This document shows positions 20,071 through 30,364 of a stretch of 64,000 bases of DNA, one piece after another. The number at the start of each line of letters is the position of its first letter. The stretch's first letter is position 1. Under the pieces are notes generated by a model, which was not told where the DNA came from, searched no databases, and saw only the letters and a list, made by a program, of their open reading frames with translations. Origin of the DNA: Spirochaetota bacterium. Lineage in GTDB: Bacteria; Spirochaetota; UBA4802; JAFGDQ01. The translations under genes and the position numbers were made by a program. Location of the stretch: the NCBI GenBank assembly GCA_043803405.1, contig JAZDKB010000019.1:192001-256000 (forward strand). Direction: 5' to 3'.

Positions 20071-22668
20071 ATGGCTAACTCCATAAAATTTAAAAAAGGC
20101 AAAGAAGAAAAATATCTTTTTTATAATTCTTATAAAAAAATTCCCGATCTGAATAGAAATAAAGCAGAGCTGGAAAAAGAACTCATGATTGATAGAATGA
20201 GTCGTGAAGGAATAAAGACCTGTCTCGTTGTATATTCGGGGAATGAATGTAAGGATATATGCGGGCATATGATTTCGATTTATAAAAAGCACGGTATAGA
20301 GATGATAACCCTGTATTTTCAGTTCCGCGGAACCGAAAATTATAAACTGATTAAAAAAGCTGCGGATAATCTTTTGCAGCGGCTTGGCAAACAAAACTGT
20401 ATATTGCTGTCTTTCGACGATAACAAGCTTTTGCATTTATTTATTGTTTTATTTTTTATTAATATAAAAAAATCTCCTTTGCAGGCTGTCAGCACCGCCA
20501 GGCATCTTTCCACAATCGGAAAATATGCAGGTTTTGAAGAAAAAATTATTAATGGTTTTTACCGGTATTTTATAGCACATTCGGTAAAGGACAATCATAA
20601 ACATTCCGCTCCCAAACCTTGGAATAAAAAAAATGAATCCCCTGAAGATGTATCCGGATCTGACCGCACAGAGAATACAAATGGCCGGGATAAAAAAATT
20701 TTACCTGTTGAAGACCGTGAAAAATTTGTAATTGTTAATGGGAATGGCAAGCCTGCTGAAGGTTTGAAAATACATCACGTTTCTTTTTCTACGGTACTAC
20801 ACTGGCTGGGTTTATTCAGGCAGTCAATCCAGTTCAAACTCATGCTGATCGTTTCCGGTTTGCTTACATCCGCAATGCTTGTAATGATACTGCTCGCGAC
20901 GCATTTCTTTAAATCGGACAATGAGACACGCGTGCAGGAGAATAATCTGAACATATCTACTATTATGGCGGACAAGATAAAGACCGACATTCTTGCAGTT
21001 GCCGGAAAAGCAAAGTCTATAGCATTGACTTCCTTTCAGGAAGGCGGCCTGAACAGGGAAACAGGAATTTCCGCGGATTTGTTGATCAAAGACGAAAAGG
21101 ATTTCGTTTATGTCGGGCTGGCTAAAAGAGTAAATCATATTCCATCCGTACGGTCAATAAAAGGAATAATCAACAGTAGTTATATCGAAGGTAAAGGTCT
21201 GCGCGGAAAGGATCTAGAAGTTCTTAGCCTGACACGCGAAAAGTTATTTTCCAGGTCGTACAATTCAGAAATTATAGTTGCCAATCTTTCCAGGGAAATC
21301 AGGTCTCCGCTTCTTGCTCTTAGTTTCCCGTTTGAGATAATAAAAGGGTCGGTGGAGTCGGTCCTTCTCGTGTATATTAATCCGAACAGGCTTATAAAAA
21401 ATTTTTCAAGTTCCGGGATTACGGAAACATTTTTAGTGAACCTTGACGGAGACGTACTGGCGCATACGGATGCAAACCTTTTATTGATGAACACAAATTT
21501 TTTAAACAGTCCCATAATTAAGAAAATGTTGTCAAGCACGATCGACAACGGCCAGACGAGATATAGAGGAGAAGACAACAGGGTATACCTCGGCTCCTTT
21601 AAAAAAGTGGGAATAGGCGGTCTCGGCATCGTTTCAACTGTTCCGGAAGCAAAGGCTTTTGAAGAAGTGTATAATATTCAGAAAAGAAATATTTATATTC
21701 TTTTGATAATACTCAATATTTCCATACTTGCGGTATTTTTCTTCAGCAAAACCATGACAAAGCCAATTATTGAGCTTGTCGGCGAAACCGAGAAAATCAA
21801 GAACGGGAATTATAATGTCCGGCTTAAGCCAAGGACAAAAGATGAGATAGGCATTCTGACAGATTCATTTGCGGATATGAGCAAAGGCCTTCAGGAGCGC
21901 GAAAGAATAAAAACAGCTTTTGGAAAATTCGTCAACCCTGAAATAGCCGAAATGGCTATGCATCAGGAAATGCAGCTCGGCGGAGAAAAGAAAAATGCGG
22001 TCGTCATGTTCTGCGACATAAGATCATTCACAGCCATATCGGAAAGCCTTTCCCCTGAACATGTCGTTGAATTTCTTAATAATTATCTCACGCGAATGGT
22101 GCAATGTATAAATGATAATTTCGGCGTTGTGGATAAATTTATCGGCGATGCTATAATGGCGGTCTGGGGCACGCCTGTTTCGAGCGGTAATGACATTCAG
22201 AATGCCGTTCACAGTTCGCTGCAGATGAGATACCAGCTGGAGCTTTTTAACATGGACAGGGGCATCCCCGGTAAACCGGTTATAAAGATGGGGTGCGGAA
22301 TAAATGCCGGCCCTGTTATCGCCGGCCAGATAGGGTCATCTGACAGAATGGAATATACTGTGATCGGCGACACTGTTAATCTCGCGTCGCGCATCGAAGG
22401 TTTGAACAAGGCATTCGGTACGGATATCCTCCTGACTGAAGAGACTTACAGGCAAATCAGTAAAACAGTGAAAGCTGTAAAAATGCCTGCAGTAACTGTG
22501 AAGGGTAAAAAAGATCCGCTTTATGTTTACGCAGTACTCGGCAGTGCCGACGATCCGGATACACCGGGCGATCTCAGCCAGCTGCGGAAACTGCTGAGAA
22601 CAAACTCGAATGCGCCCGCGGGAGAAGGAGTAGTGCTCAATGAAAGCAAATATAAAGTTATTGAATAG
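20071..22668 (+). CDS. Membrane class III adenylate cyclase (Cache-like sensor, HAMP, CHD) with N-terminal extra domain
   Basis: Two TM helices around a periplasmic domain; DEIGIL HAMP; FCDIRSFT, DKFIGDAIM, EYTVIGDTVNLASRIEG (Lys/Thr pattern of ATP-specific cyclases). Confidence 0.9.
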   Translation: MANSIKFKKGKEEKYLFYNSYKKIPDLNRNKAELEKELMIDRMSREGIKTCLVVYSGNECKDICGHMISIYKKHGIEMITLYFQFRGTENYKLIKKAADNLLQRLGKQNCILLSFDDNKLLHLFIVLFFINIKKSPLQAVSTARHLSTIGKYAGFEEKIINGFYRYFIAHSVKDNHKHSAPKPWNKKNESPEDVSGSDRTENTNGRDKKILPVEDREKFVIVNGNGKPAEGLKIHHVSFSTVLHWLGLFRQSIQFKLMLIVSGLLTSAMLVMILLATHFFKSDNETRVQENNLNISTIMADKIKTDILAVAGKAKSIALTSFQEGGLNRETGISADLLIKDEKDFVYVGLAKRVNHIPSVRSIKGIINSSYIEGKGLRGKDLEVLSLTREKLFSRSYNSEIIVANLSREIRSPLLALSFPFEIIKGSVESVLLVYINPNRLIKNFSSSGITETFLVNLDGDVLAHTDANLLLMNTNFLNSPIIKKMLSSTIDNGQTRYRGEDNRVYLGSFKKVGIGGLGIVSTVPEAKAFEEVYNIQKRNIYILLIILNISILAVFFFSKTMTKPIIELVGETEKIKNGNYNVRLKPRTKDEIGILTDSFADMSKGLQERERIKTAFGKFVNPEIAEMAMHQEMQLGGEKKNAVVMFCDIRSFTAISESLSPEHVVEFLNNYLTRMVQCINDNFGVVDKFIGDAIMAVWGTPVSSGNDIQNAVHSSLQMRYQLELFNMDRGIPGKPVIKMGCGINAGPVIAGQIGSSDRMEYTVIGDTVNLASRIEGLNKAFGTDILLTEETYRQISKTVKAVKMPAVTVKGKKDPLYVYAVLGSADDPDTPGDLSQLRKLLRTNSNAPAGEGVVLNESKYKVIE

Positions 22669-24805
22669 CAGCATTGTTGTCACAACCTTATGCGTTTTAC
22701 TGACAATACTGTTTTCAGCCATGCTTTATTCGAGTTACAGTACAAAAAAAGATATTATGTTAAAGGATAATGTCGGCGTCCTGTCCTTTAAAAAGGAGTC
22801 AGCTCTCAGGAAATACGGCGGCCAGGTGGTCTGGGAAGATATTACGCAGGATATGCCTGTATACAATGGCGACACGCTTAGAACAGAAAAATTTTCCGAA
22901 GCTGTTATAAAACTTAAAGACGGAACACGCATAACCATGGAATCCGACAGCATGATAATTTTGTCGTTCTCAAAGGAGAGCATTGATATCGGGTTTAATT
23001 ACGGATCGATATCCGCAAAAAGAGATGCCGGATCGGAGCAATTCGGGAGACTAAAAATTGATGCAGGCCGTATGAGTCTTAATGTCGGGCAAAGCAGCCT
23101 GCAGCTTAAAGGCCGCAGCGATGCGGCAATGAATGTTTCCGTGCACGAAGGAAGCGCGGACATTGTCAGCGGGAACAAAGTTGTAAAGCTAACGAACAGG
23201 GAGCAGGCGGTTATAACTAAAAATTCCGACGAGCTCCATATATCGCCTGTTTCATTAAGCCTGCTCGAACCTGAAAACAGCAAATATATAACCGCCGCAT
23301 CTGACACTGTAAATATCAGCTTTAAATGGCAAAAGAACGGGAAAGCCGGCAGCACAACCTTCGAACTTTCAGACGATTCATCATTTAGTGATAAACTTGT
23401 CGCCAGGGAGATTAACCGGAATAGCCTGGAGCTTAACATCAGGCCGGGTATTTATTACTGGAGATTGCAGGCTGATCAGGATAAGACGGATAAAAAAATT
23501 TACAGCGATATTTTTAAATTTACTTTTATAAAAGAGCCTCCTGTTAAGCTTGTTCATCCGGCAGATGGACAGCGCTTTTCATTTTATTCAGCAGCGCCTC
23601 CAATAAGCTTTCAATGGCAAAAAAGCCCGACCGCATCATTGTACAGACTTGTAGTTTCCGGAGATGCTGCTTTTTCAAAAGCGCATATTGCAGGAGATAC
23701 TGACGGGGAGACTTTGACCGACTTTACTCTCGGTGAGGGAACATGGTACTGGAAGGTTATCGTAAAGACGCCTTTCAGCGAGGATTATATCGATACCGGC
23801 GCTGTTAAAAGAAGCTTTTCAATATTGAAAATGAAAAAGCTTCCACAACCGGAACTGGTTTTTCCTGAGGAGAACAGGAAATTTCAGGTTGAGTGGTTAA
23901 GGAAAAACAGGCTGTATTTCAACTGGGAAAAATCGCAGGAATTAGTTTCATCTGAATTTATTTTGGCCGGCGACAAAGATTTTAAAAATATTTTAATACG
24001 CAAAATTATTCCCGGCAGCTACATTTCTCTCGAAGAGCTTCTTCCCGGTTCATACTTCTGGAAAGTAATATCCTGGACGCAGAAAAACGATCTCCGGCTT
24101 TCATCGGCCGCCAGGCATTTTTCTGTATTAAAGGAGATGAAAATATCCCTTCTGTCTCCGCCCGATAAATTAAAACTTGAAAAGCCTTTTAGCCTGAATA
24201 AATTGCCTGTTCAGTTCAAATGGGAATGCAATAACTCAGAAGCTTTATGTTCTTTTGAAATGTCGGGTTCCCGGGACTTCGGAGAAAATATATTAAAAAA
24301 AGAAATTAAAGAAAATGTTTTTAACCTTGATGATATAGGAAACGGCACTTTTTACTGGAGAGTGAATGCGATGGATGAACGCCGGAACATTGTACAAATA
24401 ACTCCTGTCCGTGAATTGCATATCATCCCGACTCTGGATAAACCGGTGCCGATTGTTCCGCAGAATCAAAGTATTATTAATATGAGAGACAGAAATTCAC
24501 TCGAAATGTCATGGAGCAGGATCACAGGCGCTCAGGTATATATCGTAAGATTATATTATCTTCACGGCACGGAATTTTTAAAAGTCCATGAGGCAAGGAC
24601 TATACAAAACAGTCTTAGGTTGACCAACCTGTCAATGCTGAACAGGGGCAGGTTTTCATGGACTGTAACAGGCAGCCGCATGGAGAAGGATGACGGAACA
24701 AAGGCAATCAACAGCCCTGAGGGCAAAGGTTATTTTGAAATAACACTGGGCAAAAAACTCGACGAACCTAAAATAATATCCCCGGATATTCAGTACAGAC
24801 AATAA
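22640..24805 (+). CDS. FecR-domain protein with multiple FN3/Ig-like repeats
   Basis: N-terminal TM; VYNGDTLRT..SEAVIKLKDGTRI and VSVHEGSA (FecR); five G-x-Y-x-W-[RK]-V type repeats. Confidence 0.75.
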   Translation: MKANIKLLNSSIVVTTLCVLLTILFSAMLYSSYSTKKDIMLKDNVGVLSFKKESALRKYGGQVVWEDITQDMPVYNGDTLRTEKFSEAVIKLKDGTRITMESDSMIILSFSKESIDIGFNYGSISAKRDAGSEQFGRLKIDAGRMSLNVGQSSLQLKGRSDAAMNVSVHEGSADIVSGNKVVKLTNREQAVITKNSDELHISPVSLSLLEPENSKYITAASDTVNISFKWQKNGKAGSTTFELSDDSSFSDKLVAREINRNSLELNIRPGIYYWRLQADQDKTDKKIYSDIFKFTFIKEPPVKLVHPADGQRFSFYSAAPPISFQWQKSPTASLYRLVVSGDAAFSKAHIAGDTDGETLTDFTLGEGTWYWKVIVKTPFSEDYIDTGAVKRSFSILKMKKLPQPELVFPEENRKFQVEWLRKNRLYFNWEKSQELVSSEFILAGDKDFKNILIRKIIPGSYISLEELLPGSYFWKVISWTQKNDLRLSSAARHFSVLKEMKISLLSPPDKLKLEKPFSLNKLPVQFKWECNNSEALCSFEMSGSRDFGENILKKEIKENVFNLDDIGNGTFYWRVNAMDERRNIVQITPVRELHIIPTLDKPVPIVPQNQSIINMRDRNSLEMSWSRITGAQVYIVRLYYLHGTEFLKVHEARTIQNSLRLTNLSMLNRGRFSWTVTGSRMEKDDGTKAINSPEGKGYFEITLGKKLDEPKIISPDIQYRQ

Positions 24806-24809
24806 AACA

Positions 24810-25967
24810 ATGAATAAATTAAAATTTATACTGATTTTTTTTATTCAGCCAATGGCTGTTATGTTTTTATTATCTGCGGGAGGCATGGGGTATGCAGAAG
24901 AAGAAATAAATAAACTTCATTTAAAATGGGAACCAGTACAGGGAGCTATTGAATACCAGATTGAAATTCAGGATGCATCCGGAAAGGAAGCTCTGAATGT
25001 CAAAACAGGGGACACTGAACTTGATTTCAACCTCCCTCCGGGCGACTACAGAGTAAGAATAGGCGCTGTCAACAAGTTCAATAAGGTGGATACCTGGTCC
25101 TCGTGGAATCCCCTTAAGGTTAAAAAAATTTTTGTGCCGGTTATATACGGGCTTTCAAAAAATAAATTCATTAGCGGTACAGAAGAGAAGGATTTGCAAA
25201 TTTCAGGCAGGGATATTGAAAAAGATGCTGCAATTTACATTAAAAACAAAAGCGCAAGTTATCAGATACGCGACTTCAGATATGTAAACAGCAGTACAAT
25301 TAATTTTGATTTGGATGTTTCCGGGATTGAAGCCGGTGATTACGATCTGGTAGTTATTAATCCCGGCGCTCCGGAGGCAAAGAGTCCGGAAAAGGTGATT
25401 GTGTCCGGCAAACCATGGATATCCTCAACCATGGCACGGGATGCCGGAGCCGGTATATCCGCAGGTTACTCCTATACTCAGCTCCTTTCGCCGTGGACAG
25501 ATGTATATAAACAATCTCTCATTGGATTTAACCTGCTATTGACTGCGGATTCAGCTTTGATAAAATCAGTGAGCATGATTCCCGTACTTAACAGGACAGG
25601 AGTGGATATTGAAATGAATTATTCTTCTCTGGTAGGTAAAGAAAGGGCCGGAATTGTCCGCACCGATATGTCGCTCATTATGCTCGGCGGAAGCATATAT
25701 TTCAGGATACCGGTTATAGGGAAATCTTCCGTAAGATTAAAAGCAGGCGGCGGTATTGCAGTCTCGGATGTAAAGGAAGATGCGCTTTACTCCGCTTCGC
25801 AGAATTACCGGTCAACGGATTTTTATTATTCAGCAGGCATTAATTATAATTTTCCCTTGGGCAGGCTTGTGTTTATTGAAGCAGGGATTTCATATTATCA
25901 TGTTCTTTATAGTGATAAAGGAATGAATAGTATAAAATATTCATTCGGGATCGGGATTATTTTCTAA
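24810..25967 (+). CDS. Outer-membrane beta-barrel protein with N-terminal FN3 and IPT-like domains
   Basis: Signal peptide; LKWEPVQGAIEYQIEI..PGDYRVRI; GDYDLVVINP; alternating strands ending YSFGIGIIF. Confidence 0.65.
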   Translation: MNKLKFILIFFIQPMAVMFLLSAGGMGYAEEEINKLHLKWEPVQGAIEYQIEIQDASGKEALNVKTGDTELDFNLPPGDYRVRIGAVNKFNKVDTWSSWNPLKVKKIFVPVIYGLSKNKFISGTEEKDLQISGRDIEKDAAIYIKNKSASYQIRDFRYVNSSTINFDLDVSGIEAGDYDLVVINPGAPEAKSPEKVIVSGKPWISSTMARDAGAGISAGYSYTQLLSPWTDVYKQSLIGFNLLLTADSALIKSVSMIPVLNRTGVDIEMNYSSLVGKERAGIVRTDMSLIMLGGSIYFRIPVIGKSSVRLKAGGGIAVSDVKEDALYSASQNYRSTDFYYSAGINYNFPLGRLVFIEAGISYYHVLYSDKGMNSIKYSFGIGIIF

Positions 25968-25975
25968 TTAAATAT

Positions 25976-26626
25976 TTAAAATCCAAGCTCAACTGGTGTA
26001 AGAATAACAGTAAAGTCAGTCAGCATTGGCCTGTAATCGATTATAGTAGTAACCCTGCAGATTGTTTTAGGAGGCCTGCAGTCTGCACAGAAGCCGGTTT
26101 TAGCGCACGGGGTTTCCATATTCCCTCTTTTTGTGTTCATTGCGCTTGCGGTATTTTTCGCGCGGTAAATTGCGTCATCCAGATCCTTCGCGATTTTATT
26201 TGCGCTTATGACAGCAATGACGTGCTTTGGCCCGAATATCATAGCCGCGACCCTGTTGCCGATTCCGTCTATATTAATAATTCTGCCGTCCCGGGTTACG
26301 GCGTTCGCACTCGTTAAAAAATAATCGGATGTAAGCTGGCCTTTTCGCGTTTCAAGACTTTGTTCAGGTGTCAGGTTTTTTTCCCAGTGATCCAGTAAAG
26401 TGTTGCCGCGGTCCCTTAATAATTTGTCTATGCCGATTTCGCGCAATGTTATTGATCCGCCCAATCCGACTCTCGCGTTTGCAGGGATTGTCTTTACCAT
26501 GTAATCAGCAATATCGTTTATAGTATTTAATATAACTACATTGAAATCTCTTTTAGTCAGATTATCTTTTACTTCTTTTAAAATAACTTCGTTATGCCAG
26601 TTTTTAATCTCGTTAAATTGGTTCAT
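25976..26626 (-). CDS. LUD-domain (lactate utilization C-like) protein
   Basis: VGLGGSITL, DYFLTSANAVT, NIDG.GNRVAA..FGP, PC..TG.C.DC. Confidence 0.85.
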   Translation of the reverse strand: MNQFNEIKNWHNEVILKEVKDNLTKRDFNVVILNTINDIADYMVKTIPANARVGLGGSITLREIGIDKLLRDRGNTLLDHWEKNLTPEQSLETRKGQLTSDYFLTSANAVTRDGRIINIDGIGNRVAAMIFGPKHVIAVISANKIAKDLDDAIYRAKNTASAMNTKRGNMETPCAKTGFCADCRPPKTICRVTTIIDYRPMLTDFTVILTPVELGF

Positions 26627-26747
26627 TTTTTCTCTCTTAAATTATTCTTTGCTGCGTTATTACAACTCATCTTAAAATTAATATTTCCATTTAAAGTCAG
26701 ATATTTATGTAAAAACATATTCCCGGGATATGTTCCAATAACAGGTA

Positions 26748-27089
26748 TTACGAAACTCTGAGTTCGGTCTTCCCTATCCTTATAACATCGCCGGATTTCA
26801 GCTCTATTTTCTGATCTTTCGGAACCGGGTGATTGTTTACATACGTGCCGTTTGTACTGCATAGGTCGCTGATGTAATAACAGCCCTTCACGTGCTCTAT
26901 GAGCGCGTGTTTTCTGGAAATAAGCGGATCGTCTTTAATTGAAATGGCGTTTGCTTCATTTCTGCCGATGTAAATATTTTTTACAACATCAACACTTCTT
27001 TCCTTAAACTTTATTGAGATTGCTTTTGTCTTGATTTCGTCGTTGATTTTTTTGCCGTCTTTTGCTCTTTTATAAACTGTAATGTCCAT
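26748..27089 (-). CDS. FHA-domain protein
   Basis: IGRN, ISRKHA, DL.STNGTYVN, GDVIRIG; likely ATG at 27089. Confidence 0.85.
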   Translation of the reverse strand: MDITVYKRAKDGKKINDEIKTKAISIKFKERSVDVVKNIYIGRNEANAISIKDDPLISRKHALIEHVKGCYYISDLCSTNGTYVNNHPVPKDQKIELKSGDVIRIGKTELRVS

Positions 27090-27453
27090 AATTATATCCT
27101 GAATTATAGTTTTTAAATAATTATAATTGCTGTTTACAGATATGGATTTAATGCTTAATTTTTCTGCTGATTCTAAATATATTATACGGGCAATCATTAA
27201 AAAATATATTTATTTTGCCAGGATGTCAAGGGATTAATTGCATTTGAGTTTTAAGATCCTATAGTAATTAAAGATTGTTATTACGAAGGAGCGATAGCGC
27301 CGGGAAATCCTTAATTGGAATTAAGTTTTCAGATTTTTGATATTTGCTCGAAATGACAGGCTCTGGATAATTAGTAAAATGCTATAATGGGTTGAAATAG
27401 AGTGATTTATAAAATATATTGACAAGAATAGAAAAAACAATATCTAAACAATA

Positions 27454-28731
27454 ATGAAATTCATAGTAAAGCCATCAAGAATATCAGGAGAAGTAAATGT
27501 TCCTGGCTCTAAATCCCATACTATCAGGGCTTTAGTTCTGGCTTTGCTTGCAGACGGCGAATCCGTCATAAGGGAGCCGCTTGAGTCCGCAGATACGCAC
27601 TCGTGCTTCAACATGGTAAAGAAGTTCGGCGCCGAAATTTATACGGAGAAAAATGTGTGGCGGGTTAAAGGCAGGGCAGGGGAGATTGCTGTTCCTGATG
27701 ATATTGTAGACGTGGGAAACTCCGGCACTTCGCTGTACATAGGGCTTGGGATTGCTTCTCTTGCTGACGGCTACACTGTGTTCACAGGAGACAGCCAGAT
27801 AAGGAACAGGCCTGTGAATGCTCTTTTAACATCCATACCGGAACTTGGCGGCATGGCTTGTTCCACCAGGAACAACAACAAACCGCCTGTAGTTGTAAAG
27901 GGCAGGATTAAAGGCGGCAAAACAAGCGTGGAAGCAGTAACATCACAGTATCTTTCATCTCTTCTTATAGCATGCCCGCTCGCTTCCGGCAATACAACTA
28001 TCCATGTGCCGTTATTGAATGAAGTGCCATATATTGATATGACATTAAAATGGATGGATAAACTCGGTATTAAATATCATAATAATAATTACAGGACATT
28101 CGAAATAAAAGGAAACCAGAAATATAATAATTTTGACGAACATATCCCAGCCGATTTTTCCTCTGCCGCTTTTTTTCTTGTAGCAGCAGCGATTACAGGC
28201 ACTGAACTTACATTGCATGGTCTTGACTTTAACGATACGCAGGGCGACAAGGAGGTAGTTAATATTTTAAAATCAATGGGAGCAGAAACGGAAATTGGTA
28301 AAAGCAGCATAACAATAAAAGGAAATATGCTTAAAGGCGGAACATTCGATCTGAATGCGATCCCAGATTCTCTTCCTTCGCTTGCTGTGGCAGGCTGCTT
28401 TGCACAAGGCGAGACAAGGCTGGTTAATGTGGCACAGGCAAGAGTGAAAGAAACAGACAGGATAAAGGTGATGTGCAGTGAACTAAAAAAAATGGGAGCC
28501 GATATCGAAGAGCTGCCCGACGGGCTAGTTATCAAAAAAAGCTCGCTGAAAGGAGCGCAGGTGAACGGCCACAATGATCACAGGGTGGTAATGTCCCTTG
28601 CTGTTGCGGGACTCATGGCGGACGGCCAGACTGAAATAGATACTGCCGAATCTGCTGCTGTAACTTTTCCAGAATTTTTTTATTTAATGAAATCCGCAGG
28701 TGCTGACATTAAAATGATTGGGGACGAGTAG
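27454..28731 (+). CDS. aroA: 3-phosphoshikimate 1-carboxyvinyltransferase (EPSP synthase)
   Basis: PGSKS, GNSGT, SQYLSSLL, RVKETDRI, DHRVVMS. Confidence 0.95.
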   Translation: MKFIVKPSRISGEVNVPGSKSHTIRALVLALLADGESVIREPLESADTHSCFNMVKKFGAEIYTEKNVWRVKGRAGEIAVPDDIVDVGNSGTSLYIGLGIASLADGYTVFTGDSQIRNRPVNALLTSIPELGGMACSTRNNNKPPVVVKGRIKGGKTSVEAVTSQYLSSLLIACPLASGNTTIHVPLLNEVPYIDMTLKWMDKLGIKYHNNNYRTFEIKGNQKYNNFDEHIPADFSSAAFFLVAAAITGTELTLHGLDFNDTQGDKEVVNILKSMGAETEIGKSSITIKGNMLKGGTFDLNAIPDSLPSLAVAGCFAQGETRLVNVAQARVKETDRIKVMCSELKKMGADIEELPDGLVIKKSSLKGAQVNGHNDHRVVMSLAVAGLMADGQTEIDTAESAAVTFPEFFYLMKSAGADIKMIGDE

Positions 28732-28786
28732 AAGTACATCTAAGAGCGCATCTCAAACCTATATTCAGTTATTTTTTTTATCGGGG

Positions 28787-29080
28787 CAGGGATGTTTCAT
28801 GCTGATTATTTTAGTTGTAACACGGGTATGCTCCCAGCCCCCTAACCCCCTAAAGGGGGCATAATTGGAAAGGTGTTGAATTGACAATATTTATTTTTAG
28901 CGGTTAAAAGGTTTGAAGCAACGAATAAAGAGTAAAATATCAGATAATATAATACATCTGATTAAAGATATAAGATATAATATGAATATTTTCCCGAATG
29001 TGCCCCCTCCAGGGGGTTAGGGGGCTGAAAGAGCAATGGCAATGTAATATAAGTTCGATCGCCGAATGCAAATAAAATAG
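28787..29080. mobile_element. MITE-like non-coding element, copy 2
   Basis: Colinear with 1007-1300 at offset 27780; inner IR 28837-28863/28999-29025; right outer end degenerate. Confidence 0.7.
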
Positions 29081-29151
29081 ATGAACAGCCGGTACAGATA
29101 AACAATATAACTCTGCTGCGCCAATTTAACTTTAGATTCAACTTTATTTTA

Positions 29152-30261
29152 ATGCAAAACAATATAATAAAAAAAAAGCGTCTGCGGGTTTTATTAATAA
29201 GATTCAGCTCCATAGGTGACATCATACTTACAACTCCGGTCATAAGAGCTTTAAAAGAAAGTTATCCGGATTTGATACTGGATTATCTGACATTAAAAGA
29301 ATATGCCATACTGCTTAAAGACAATCCTTATATAGATAATCTTATCACAACTGACAGAAAGGGAACAGCAGGCGCTGTTAAAACAGCCTTGCAATTGAGG
29401 GGAAATAATTACGATTTTATTTTCGATCTGCACAGGAGTACAAGGAGCCTTATCTTCAGGGCAATTTTAAAAGCAGATTATAAATATAAATTTAAAAAGA
29501 ATTATATTAAACGATTCCTTCTGACAGCTTTTAAGCTGCGCTTTTACAGAAAGCCCTATTCAGTAGTGAACAGATATTTTAATACTCTTAAGAGATTGAA
29601 TCTCCCGAACGAACATAAAAGTGAAATATGGTTAAACACTGACGACGTCAAAAAAGCAATTCTAAAAATAAATAAAATTGCCGGTACAAAATTTTCCTTT
29701 ATTGCCGCAGCAGGCGGGGCAGCTCCGGTCAGCAGGAAACTTTTTCGCGAAAAAGAACGCAGAATGATTTCCATCATGCCGTTCGCGAAATGGAAAACAA
29801 AGGAATGGGGGGATGATAAGTTTATAGGGCTTGGGCTAAGATTAAAGAAAGCCGGGGTCATTCTATGCATTCTCGGCGGAACCGAAGATGCGGAAAGGGC
29901 GGACAAAATTGCACACGCGATCGGGAAGGGCGCGCTGTCCCTTGCGGGCAAACTCACGCTCGCTGAAACTGCAACAGCACTCGCTGTATCAGATTGCCTT
30001 GTAACTAACGACACAGGCGTTATGCATATAGGCGGTGCTGTTTCCATTCCTGTTGTTGCAGTGTTCGGTTCTACAGCAGAAGAGCTTGGTTTCTTTCCAT
30101 ATAAGTCCGAAGGCGAAGTTGTGCAAATCGATCTGAAATGCCGGCCATGTACGGCCAAAGGTTTGCCCGCATGTCCAAAAAAGCATTTTAAATGCATGAA
30201 TGATATTTCTGTCGATATGGTTTACTCAACTGTGAGAAAATGTATAGGGACGTTGCTATAA
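29152..30261 (+). CDS. LPS heptosyltransferase, glycosyltransferase family 9
   Basis: IRFSSIGDIILTTP, TKEW, VTNDTGVMH, CRPC...C...HFKCM. Confidence 0.9.
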   Translation: MQNNIIKKKRLRVLLIRFSSIGDIILTTPVIRALKESYPDLILDYLTLKEYAILLKDNPYIDNLITTDRKGTAGAVKTALQLRGNNYDFIFDLHRSTRSLIFRAILKADYKYKFKKNYIKRFLLTAFKLRFYRKPYSVVNRYFNTLKRLNLPNEHKSEIWLNTDDVKKAILKINKIAGTKFSFIAAAGGAAPVSRKLFREKERRMISIMPFAKWKTKEWGDDKFIGLGLRLKKAGVILCILGGTEDAERADKIAHAIGKGALSLAGKLTLAETATALAVSDCLVTNDTGVMHIGGAVSIPVVAVFGSTAEELGFFPYKSEGEVVQIDLKCRPCTAKGLPACPKKHFKCMNDISVDMVYSTVRKCIGTLL

Positions 30262-30364
30262 AACAAAGGGATAATCTTTCAAATCAAAGGGAAAATGCTG
30301 CTAAAACAAACAAAAATGAATAATAATAATAAATTATGTATTTTTTTGATCGCGGAGACAAATA

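Noticed and set aside
28962..29243. 93-aa minus-strand ORF containing PPNPLEG
   Set aside because: It is a translation of the repeat arm and antisense to the heptosyltransferase start; not a transposase
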